Shown piece by piece: positions 1-39,493 of a DNA stretch of 64,000 nucleotides. The position numbers and the translations under genes were made by a program. The number at the start of each line of letters is the position of its first letter. The first letter of the stretch is position 1. The DNA is taken from assembly GCA_964106915.2 (NCBI GenBank), contig OZ066914.1; one strand, 5' to 3'. The notes beneath the pieces are model-generated. The model did no database searches and was not told where the DNA came from. It was given only the letters and a program-made list of their open reading frames with translations. This stretch comes from Podarcis gaigeae. Its lineage: Eukaryota.

Positions 1-66
1 TGCCCCATTGAGTGCTTCTACCCTTTGCATCTACAAGCAGAGACGCCAAATCGACGAGGAGACTAA
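1..66 (+). CDS. FN1: Fibronectin 1, 3' part of last coding exon (partial; gene continues left of window)
   Basis: Frame 1 reads CPIECFYPLHLQAETPNRRGD*. CPIECF is the FN1 C-terminal interchain-disulfide motif. It is followed by an FN1-like 3' UTR and lies tail-to-tail with ATIC, as in other vertebrates. Confidence 0.93.
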   Translation, partial: CPIECFYPLHLQAETPNRRGD

Positions 67-742
67 CACCAGCCAAGGAAAGTCTTTCTTGCCAAGACCA
101 TCCACTCTAGAATGCTGCTAGAGGAAAGCAGGTCTGCTTCGGGTGGCCAGAGTGCCTTTCTCGGCTTTGCTCAACTCACAGCTTCTCCAAGGGAGGCCAC
201 TCTTGGAGCGTCTCAAGACTTCTTTTCACAAAGGATAGTTGTATACTGTCTTCTCTTTTGCTCAGTGTTTCAATACCATTCAGTATTTTCCCTGAAGACG
301 ACTCATACTAACTCATAATTTGCTCAGCAACCAGTATCCATAAGGGATTAAGGGGAGGGGCTCTCCTGCCATAGGGAATGAAGGAAAATCCAAAGTTCTG
401 TGTTCATCTAATTGTGCAGCTACCAATAGGGACTGCAAACCCCATCACTGTGATATCTAAAAATATGCACAGTCCTAATCTTTCTAAATTATCCTAATTT
501 CTTTCCCTAGCGGTATGTTTGTATCTCGTACTGTTATTTATCAACATTGTTCTTCCTTTCCCTGCTCCCTCCCCTCCCCCTCAGTGTTTTTTTAACAGGA
601 AAATATATTAAAGACACTTAGTACACCATTGACAGAGGAATTTGGTATAATTATGATCAGTGATTATTTTTTATACTGTAAGTGCCAAAGCTTTAACTAC
701 TGTGGGAGACAACTCTTTTAATAAAAAGATTTACAATCCAGC
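67..742 (+). other. FN1: FN1 3' UTR
   Basis: The terminal block GAGGAATTTGGTATAATTATG...TGATTATTTTTTATACTGTA.GTGCCAAAGCTTT...GACAACT...AATAAAAAGATTTACA resembles the conserved vertebrate FN1 3' end (recognised from memory). End position is approximate. Confidence 0.85.
720..725 (+). terminator. FN1 polyadenylation signal AATAAA
   Basis: AATAAA followed about 15-20 nt later by a GT/T-rich downstream element (GCTGTGTGTCTCTTTCTTCTTTGG). Confidence 0.85.
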
Positions 743-1482
743 TGTGTGTCTCTTTCTTCTTTGGATTGTGTAGCTCATCCCTGGAACTGGAACATGGAGC
801 TCTTCTACATCCCCCTTCTAGGCACTGAAACAGGTGCTGTTTCATTGGTGAAAGCGTGGATCTATCACAACATAAAAATACATCTCCTTTATATTTTTTG
901 AGCTTTTTATTTTTCAGAACATCACCAGCCATGTCTCCCCTGCTCATTACCTCCCTCAGATTAGGCTGTTAGGTGGCAACTGGCATTAGGCTGCCCAAGG
1001 AGCTTTGTGAAAATTGAAACTGGAATCACTAATTCATACAGCAAAGGAAATTCTCTCTCTTAGGCTTTATTGTTATTAGACACCTGTCTTACGAAACAGG
1101 TGAAGAAAGCCCACCCTGACTTTATCATGGGGGTGAGGCATCTTTAGCCTACCTTGATGGCCTTTTCTCTACTCTTGCCCCATTCTGATCTAGACCATTT
1201 GAACTAGTCAGGGGCGGAGGTGATGGTATGGAAAGATTTTGCTTTAGGGCAACAAGAGAGGCTGGTGCTGAATGTTGATGCTCTACGCCCAGTGATTCCG
1301 ACCCTATTTTTAAAGCATTTGGCAGAGGTACTCCCTGAGATCTTAACCATCTTCAGTCACAACATGAAACACAAGGCTAAAAACATACAGAACCCAAGAC
1401 TGCAATGATTACAACAACAAAATGCTAATACTGTAATACAGCTTTTGTTACACAATATGGCTTGCAATACTGTTAATGTCGA

Positions 1483-1826
1483 GGGACGCGGTTGGCACTG
1501 TGGGTTAAACCACAGGGCCTAGGACTTGCCGATCAGAAGGTCGGCGGTTCGAATCCCCACGATGGGGTGAGCTCCTATTGTCCCTGCTCCTACCAACCTA
1601 GCAGCTCGAAAGCACATCAGGTGCAAGTAAATAAATAGGTACCGCTCTGGCGGGAAGGTAAACGGCATTTCCATGCGTTGCTCTGGTTTGCCAGAAGCGG
1701 CTTAGTCATGCTGGCCACATGATCTGGAAGCTGTACGCCAGCTCCCTCGGCCAATAAAGCGAGATGAGCGCCACAACCCGAGAGTTGTCCGCAAGTGGAC
1801 CTAATGGTCAGGGGTCCCTTTACCTT
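1483..1826 (+). mobile_element. Sauria SINE, full length
   Basis: tRNA-like head with B box GGTTCGAATCC, (ACCTTT)-type tail, and TSD TACTGTTAATGT(C/T)G at 1468-1481 and 1827-1840. Confidence 0.9.
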
Positions 1827-2744
1827 TACTGTTAATGTTGCTATCATGAAAATTGCTGTTTGCAGTCTTTATTGCAGGCCAGAAGAAGAAGAGCCAGTTG
1901 TTAGTGAAGTTACTCAAGGCAGCAAACAAATTCAACAACACTCTGAGTAGGTCTTGCCAGGACTGATTGTCCCCACCTTCTACCCCCTCTAAGGCTCCTC
2001 TCTGCCAGATGTTTCCAAGCAGTCTCAAACTGCATCTGGGCATCTTTAATCTTTGTTCCAGCCTACGCATCACTCTGCCTGTCCTTGGAGACAAGGGGGA
2101 GGGGGACTTGTCACAGTAGATGTTAGCTATTTGTGATCAAAAATAGTTGAATACATAAATGGTTGAATATAAATCTTTACTTTGTGAAATACATTACAAA
2201 TACTAACAGGAGAGGCAGGCTTCCTGTCGTCTTCTGCAGCCTCTTTCTTGCCTGCCCTCCTCTGCTTCAGCCTCGCTGTCACCAACTTGCCCTGCTCACT
2301 AAATCCTGTTGACCCAACAGCATTCCACTCCTTGAACTCTCCGCAGTGTCCCATCACCAATCCCTGGGCTCTGAGCCTTCCTCTTCTGGGGTTTCTCTTG
2401 GTGGTTCCTCAGCTGATGGCTCCCACCACTGCTTGTCACCCAGCCGTTCTCTGACAACAGGAAACTTCCCGGGGAACAGGGAGTATGTTACGGGCCCTGT
2501 GTGCATAAGCGAAAGTGGGGAACCCACTGCAGCTTTCCACCCAACAGCTGTTTAAAGGTTTGGTTGATTGGTGGCAGGGATGTTGGGTCCAGAGTGGGAG
2601 AGGGAAGCGGTGGGCAGGGAGGGAGACTGTCTTGCCCCTTCCTACCATTTGCATGGCTGGCGCTGAAGCCACTTTGTGGCTGGACTTCCTCTTTTCCCTC
2701 CAAGAGGACAGGTTGTTTTCACCTCCTCTTTTTTCTGCCTCATT

Positions 2745-3150
2745 CAGGGGTAGGCAACATAAGGCCCATAGGCCACAAGCAGCCCATGGGGGTTGTTTAA
2801 CCGGCCCATGAGTCACCCCCAAACCAAGCCACCCGCTCGGCAAGTTCCCATGCGCTGCGCTAAACCGGCGCAGCACGATGTGGTGACTCGCTTCTGCGGT
2901 GCCAGAAATTGCATCTGCAGACGCCAGAAATCACAGGGACGTGCACTCAGGCATGTGCGCAATCCAGCCCAGAGAGGGATCTCTGCTGGAGTGAACCGGC
3001 CCAGACGAGGTAAATCTTGCCGACCCCTGGTCTCATTGTTGGCGTTTTTAGCACGGTTCCATATGTGGGGGTAGCGGGATTTGTTGGATAGCGTGGGAGG
3101 GTCTCAGAGTGAGCTCTTTCTAGCCCACCATCTTCCAAGACGTCCCTGTC
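2745..3150. mobile_element. Degenerate hAT (Charlie-like) non-autonomous fragment
   Basis: Starts CAGGGGTAGGCAAC...GGCCC...GGCC with a CpG-rich interior. The other end was not resolved. Confidence 0.45.
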
Positions 3151-5630
3151 ATTGAGTGGGAGAGCATGGCAGCAGTGAGAGCGTCCGCACACCATTTTGG
3201 AGCCCTTGGCGTCTTTTTTTCTGGACTTTTGGCTCACTGGCGTACTCTATGGCCTCTGAGGAGCGTCTCCTTAGGGGCCAAAAGGACTTTCCAGCTCTAA
3301 CCCACCGTTTCAGGTTAGAATTGTATTATTTATTTCACAATGCTGCATGTATGCAGTCGCATGTGACTCAATCGTGTGAAAGTAAGGGGATGACTGTATT
3401 TGCTCCTAGTAAAACTGTCCTAAAAGGCAGTTTATTTTTTAATCAATGCAGGCCACCAATTCAGTATGTTTGGCACCAAGCTGGTGCCACACGTATTGTC
3501 CTGCCTTTCCTTTGGGCCACATCAGTGAGGCAGAGAGGGGTCTTTTTGTCTGGGCAGCACAAGACCTCCATACACACTGCCAAGGCTTGTGCCCTGGGGA
3601 GGTCACTCAGTGCTGCAAATGCAGCCGTTTGACTTCACCCCTGGAGGCACACTCCATCGTCCCTTGAGACAGATGGATGCCAACAGGAGAAACCACCAAG
3701 CACATTTTCCTACCTTCATTTGTCATCCAAGGCCAGTTCATACAACCACATATTTGCAGGGTCACAAATAGCACGAAGCATTCCCTTTGTAGGCTGCGCC
3801 ATGTTGAATCTTGCTTTCAGAGAGATTCATTCAAGTCGCACCACCTCCAGTGGAGATTCCCCTCAAGTATGATTACAGAAGTCTTTGTTTTAGCACTTCC
3901 AAACGAGCAACTTGTTAGGCAGCGCTGCTTGAACAGGTTGTGTCCCTCTAGCCAACTGCAGCACAACTTGAAATGAGCCAAGAGGCAGGGAGGTGGATGC
4001 TCTTCGTTCTCCTTCACTTGAATACAGCCAGCGTAACTTGGGGCTCTAGATTGCACCACACCTGTCTAGCAAGAGCCTATGAAGGGTTTTTCTCCAGCAG
4101 CTGCAGTTCATTCTCATCTACCACTGCATCTCAACTACACTGAGTGTTAGATGAGCTGGACAGCACCATCTCTTCAACACTTGCCATTGGCTAAATTAAA
4201 AATTAAAAAGCTTTAGCTTGCCAGCTATTGACTTTGTTTTTGGTATAGAAAGTAAAGTAAAATCAAAAGCTCTGGTCTATTTAGATTAAAGTGAATTACC
4301 GTACCCAGGTGAACATACCCACACTGAGCATATGCCCAAAATGTTTCTTTCTCCAGGCAAATTAAAGGCTTTCCTAAAGGAGACAGAAGTGCTGACCCAA
4401 CTCCCTAAAAAAACAAACAATTCTCTCTTACACTTTGGGGAAAACCCTTTAGAAATTGAGTCAATTTTGTTGCTTGGTCACTTTCATGCCTGTAACAAAT
4501 AACTTCTGACACCAGGAGCCCTTTGTTTAAACTGCACATCTGATCTGACAAGCGCAGCAAAATATGCTTCAGAGTATTTCACAGTGGAGTTATTTTTAAT
4601 AAACCACCAAACATGCAGAAACCATGCTGCCAGTTTCCTCCCCTTTGGCAGTGAAAATTACCTACTCTTACCACATATTCTGCTGTCAGCATGGCAGAAG
4701 TTATTTCCATCACTTTATAATACACCTCCCCAAAGACAGTTCACATTAAATAATTCCAACTAAGCATAAGGCAAATCTTTTTAAAGCAGCAGATTGAAGC
4801 ACCACTGCTCCATATTGTAGCTCACTGTTTTGATTTCAGAGTTTTGAAAACGGAAACAAACATTTAGGAAAATGAGGCTGCAGCTTTTGTAAGTCTTTAT
4901 CTCTCCTGCTCTTATGTGAGAGTATGTAGGGTAGAAGAAGCTGCACAGAGCATCTTGATATACATATTTATAGTCAGACCACAAGTTGGTGTCCAGGTAC
5001 CTAGTACAGGATACAGAGAATAAGCATATAGGAGCCCGATAAAAGCTTCAGACACTCCCGCACCAAAGTTGTTGCAGATCCTCCTGCAGTTGTTCCCCAA
5101 CCCTTGTTAACAAAAGAATGTATTGTGGTTGCTTATAACGGCATGGCTACAAACTACTACATTTATTCTATAAATTTACTCAACATGTATTATATTACTT
5201 GTGCTGGACCCCCCTGAAATTCTCACTTATCGGTGTGAGTGCAGCTTCTCCCATGCTTGTAGGTCTATAAATCCTTCCATCTCTTTAAAAAAGAGGTTTA
5301 GCTGTTGTGGAGGGAACGTGTGCTGAGGGCGCAGAGTAGGTTTTGTAGCTGCCAGTCACCTCATCATATTTAACCAGGATAGGAGAAACAGCAGAAGAAG
5401 TTGCAATCGGAGTGGCCAGTGAACATCACAAGGGGCCAGGCACCCCAAATTCAGAATATCCTGTCTGTACAGTGCTAAGTTTTTGGCACCGATTTAAAAC
5501 CAGCACCACCCAGGCCTTTGCCTCTATTCCCACTGCTGTGAAGATTACTTATCTTGCTACCATTTTATTTTGTTAATGCTTGCTGATGAATTACATTTTG
5601 TTTTACCTATTTTATTAGCAATTGTAACTT

Positions 5631-5690
5631 GCTCTGGTCCATGGGGTCACGAAGAGTCGGACACGACTAAACGACTAAACAACAACAGCA
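5631..5690 (+). mobile_element. BovB/RTE LINE 3' tail, severely 5'-truncated
   Basis: GCTCTGGTCCATGGGGTCACGAAGAGTCGGACACGACTAAACGACTAAAC(AAC)n, with TSD AACTTGCTCT at 5626-5635 and 5691-5700. Confidence 0.85.
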
Positions 5691-6170
5691 AACTTGCTCT
5701 TCGAAGAGTGCAATAGAAATACCACATTTCACCGCATCATTGTTGCATTTTTAATGCTCTCCCCCCAACCCCCATTATGTAGTGAATTATGGTAATGGCT
5801 GGAAGCAGTCAAGGTGGGTGGAAGCTGTCGTGTCCCAGAGTGTGGGCAGGAGGAGACGTAGACCTCAGTGGTTGGGTGTGAGCCAAGTTGTGGGGTGCTG
5901 GAGTTCCACGCCTGCCAAGTTTGCACGGGCCTCCGCCCCCCCCCCCAGGCAGGAACAGATGGGGGGACCCAGAGAGGCAAAAGCAATCTGGTGCCCGGGT
6001 TGAATGCCCTTCCCAGTCAATAGCCAGCAATTAAGGCCATCGGCAGCCCAGCTCCACAGATCCTCCTGCTGTCGAATTATACCCTGCAACTATTATGTGG
6101 GGAAAGTACTGGAACCAACTTTAGAGCTGCAAAAATGGGGGTGAGACTATTACGAGATTAAATGTGGTAT

Positions 6171-6176
6171 TTTAAT
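6171..6176 (-). terminator. Candidate ATIC polyadenylation signal ATTAAA
   Basis: ATTAAA on the - strand about 360 nt past the ATIC stop codon. An alternative AATAAA lies at 5564-5569. Confidence 0.45.
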
Positions 6177-6531
6177 ATCAAAGTACAATGATTATCTGCT
6201 TCCCATACATACAATGCCCAGCTGATTATCTGCATACTGCAAAAGCCAATAAAACTAATGTCCACACCTTGAATGCATAAAGGATTTGACTTCAGACACA
6301 TTAGTGACAAATACTTTTGTCCATTAATTTTTCAAGAAATGCATCAAAGGCTAGCTACTTTAGTTTTCTCAAAACAATGGGTATTATATGTAGAATATAA
6401 AGAGAAATGTTCCCATGAAGACTGGCTTTTTAGAAAGCAAGCAAGAACCCGTTAATGAGGATGCTTCCACTGCCTGAAGCAGAGAGACAAGCCAATGAGC
6501 AAAGAGGAATGTCTGGCAACGTAGGGAAGCT

Positions 6532-36273
<29,742 letters not shown>

Positions 36274-36968
36274 GTTCGCTGCCCTCCGAGGCGCCGCGGG
36301 AGAAGGCTCGGCCCCCCCGGGGGGAAGCGTAAATGGGGCTGGAGGGGGGTGGGCCCAAAAGGGGGTGGGGAGGGGAGGGCTCCAGGGGTGCATGCCGGGA
36401 AGCGGGGCCGGGCTCGAGCCAGGTTTGGCGGGCGGGCGCGCCTCCCGCGGAGGAAGGGCCGGTCCTGCAAGCGCCCGGCAAGGGGGGCGGGAGGCGCGCG
36501 GGGCCTGAGCTGCTTCTCGGCGGGGTGCATTGGGCGCAGGCTGCCCTGCTGCTGCTCCCTCTCTCTAGAAGTGAAGCGCGTGGCCAAACTTAAAAGGGCG
36601 GGCAAGAAGCAGGCAACACCCACCCCCGCGTTCAAAACCGCGGCTCAGGCGGCCCCCCCGAAATGCATGCCCTGTTGCGGGGGGGGGGGGCACAGGGCGC
36701 CAGGCGCACTGCCGCGGGCGGCTTCCTTTTCCTCCTGGGGAGCTGCCCTAGGAACGTAGAATTAAAGGCAAGGTTCAAGAATGGGGCGGGGCTGGAGCCC
36801 CCCCCCCCCGGATGCCAGAGGCGCCCTGAGCTGGCAGCGGAGCGGGGCCAAAACCAGCGGGGCTCTGGGGGAGGGAGCTCTGGAATTGGTGTGTCGCCTG
36901 AAGGGGGAGGTTTTTTAAAAATCTGCCCTAAATCTTCCAACATTACTTTGCTAACCCTAATTAAAGAA

Positions 36969-37209
36969 AAAACAAAAAAAATTCCTTCCAGTAGCACCTT
37001 AAAGACCAACTAAGTTAGTTCTTGGTATGAGCACCTTAAAGACCAACTAAGTTAGTTCTTGGTATGAGCTTTCGTGTGCATGCACACTTCTTCAGATACA
37101 AGAAAGCTCATACCAAGAACTGACTTAGTTGGTCTTTGAGGTGCTACTGGAAGGAATTTGTTTTGTTTTGACTATGGCAGACCAACACGGCTACCTATCT
37201 GTAACTGGA
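36969..37209. mobile_element. Penelope-like element remnant (inverted terminal segments)
   Basis: 13-bp TSD CCTAATTAAAGAA (36956-68, 37210-22). PLE-type end TTAGTTGGTCTTTGAGGTGCTACTGG...CAGACCAACACGGCTACC. The left part is an inverted copy of the right, and there is a 37-bp tandem duplication (36994-37030 / 37031-37067). Confidence 0.85.
37062..37099 (-). ncRNA. Minimal type I hammerhead ribozyme motif (Penelope-associated)
   Basis: The - strand reads GUAU-CUGAAGA-A-GUGUGC-AU-GCACAC-GAAA-GC-UC-AUAC: stem I GUAU/AUAC, CUGANGA box, 6-bp stem II, GAAA box, palindromic AGCU mini stem III and a UC cleavage site. Confidence 0.8.
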
Positions 37210-38026
37210 CCTAATTAAAGAAGGTGCAGTTATAGGGGCTGCATCTAAATTTCTGTCAACTGCCTCATTTGGCTTCAGCTCACCCATAATAATCCTCTCT
37301 TCACCTAAGAGAATATTGACTGAATGCTACCTCAGGATGCCATTTAAAAAACCGTAAGAGTCCAGTTAATATAATAATATATTTACACTGCACCTTTTCC
37401 CCTGACAGAGACTGAAGGTGGCTTACAGGTAAAATAAGCAGTCAGATCCCAAAATACTGTTCCAAGGAAGTCCTCACCTGCTGGCGGAAGGCCAGTCTGG
37501 CTTCTCCAAGAAGGGAGCAGCCACCAAGAAGGCCCCGTTCTTGTTGCTGCAGAACCAATCACAGTTTGATGATCAGGTCGTGGTTCTTCTGGTCCTGGAA
37601 AGAGGAATGACTCTGGCCACAGGTCTGTGGGACACCTGTGGGGCCCTCCAGATATTCGTGGACTCCCGACGTACACCAGCCCCAGCCAGCAGGACTGGTG
37701 CTCAGGGATGTTGGAGTTGTATGTCATCTTGAGCTCCATGGAAGAAAAGTGGATAGAAGTGTAGTGTGATATAATCTGGAGCATTGAATGTTTCCCTGCG
37801 TCAAGGCACCGAAAGCCACTAAGCAGCTTACATTTGCAGTTGCAGTGGCACTGCTCTGTCACTTTATATTACTATGACTAAACCACATTAGAAATTTAAG
37901 TGGAAAACTAATCCATCCTCAGCAAGGAAGTGGAGTTGCTTTTAGACTGAGATTTAAACTGAGCTGCCCAAGTTACTGACACTGGAGCAAGATACAGGAT
38001 GTGCAGCTGAGTAACTATTCTGGTGG

Positions 38027-38352
38027 CAGGGCCGGCCCAAGATACTTTGGCACTGAGATGAACCGTAAAAATGGCACTGCTCCTGCCAGGGGAGAGGGGG
38101 TGAGGGAAGATCTACATCAGGAACAAGGGTGGGAGGAGACCAGCAGCACCTCCTGTTTGCCCAGAAGCCATGGTAGAGGTGGCCAGGGGGTGGGGATGCT
38201 GAGGACGAGGACCATCCGGCCTTCAAGGAGCGCACCGCAACTGATAAACCAGCATGGCGGCAGCAGCAGCAAGGAGGAGAGATCTGCTGCCCTTGTGGCT
38301 CTTGCTGCCTGAGACGGTGGCCTCACCTTGCCTCATGGACGGGGCAGTCCTG
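38027..38352. mobile_element. Degenerate hAT-type MITE
   Basis: Ends CAGGGCCGGCCC... and ...CCTTGCCTCATGGACGGGGCAGTCCTG; no clear TSD. Confidence 0.5.
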
Positions 38353-39493
38353 GTTAGAGACAACCATAGAAGCCCAATGCAGCCCTGTTTCATGTGACTT
38401 TTGAGCCTGAAGAGGCCTGGAACCTGAAGGGTCGGAGCCTGTGCATCTTGTTATGTGCTCAGAAGTACACAGCCTGAACTGGGGGGTGATCACGTACCTC
38501 TGCTGATGAATCGGAGCTCTCAAAACAAAAGATTATTCACAACTGCATTTGATTACTTCAGCTATCCTCCTAATTGGCCTTCACTGTAATCTTCCCTGAA
38601 ATAAATGGAAATGGTTTGAGGATTGCATGTTTAGTACAGTATTGCTGTCCCAGTTCATCTGGGGAAGGAAGAGGCAGGCCTGAAATCTGAGCCAGGAAGC
38701 AAGTACCGGCATGTGCTTGATTCTATGAGGAATGCCTGATGCCTTTTGACCCTGACTTCACATAAACTCAGGAGGACTACTGTTTCTTTTCTTTTTGATA
38801 CAGCAAAAACAGCTTGTGACCTGCCTCCTCTTTGCTCATTTAATGTTTTTCTGTTGCCAGCGATGGTTTTTTTGCTTTTGAATTTGCTACATTAGACGAG
38901 CCCTGCTGGATCAGGCCAAAGGTCCATCTAATTCCACATTCTTTTCTCACAGTGAGAAACCCCAAATCAGGACACAAGTGCAGCAACACACTTCCCATTT
39001 GCAATTCCCAGCAACTGGCCTGCAGAGGCAAAACACAGCCATTGGGGTTAGCAGCCGTTATAGCCTTACCTTTCTGGTCTAATCCTGATTTAAAGCCATC
39101 ACTACTTGTGATACTGTTCTCTTTTAAATTATATTTGTTTGAGTGGCCAGATCTGGACTTCAGTCTGCCCAGTCCCTTAATCTCAGCCCCACAGTCTGCT
39201 TCACTTCTTGAGCTGCAAAGGCCTTTGCCTGAGACCTTGCCCAGGTGCCAGGATGTCTTTTGTTTCTTTGAGGAGCAGATTTAAATAATTGGGAGATGCT
39301 AACCCCGTACTATCTCAGCTTTAAACCTGGCTGCTATCCTTGTGTTTGAGCCAAGCGAAAACGTACAATTTATGGACATTGCCCTTCTCCAAATAACAGG
39401 ATAGATTAGAAAGAAAAAGGTCAGAGCCAATTGGAGAAATCAGTCATCCATGAGACAATAGGATTATAACCCAAACCTTTATTTTATTAGATA

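Noticed and set aside
1483-1560. tRNA gene-like A/B boxes (also near 8640 and 59400)
   Set aside because: These are heads of tRNA-derived SINEs, not cloverleaf-forming tRNA genes.
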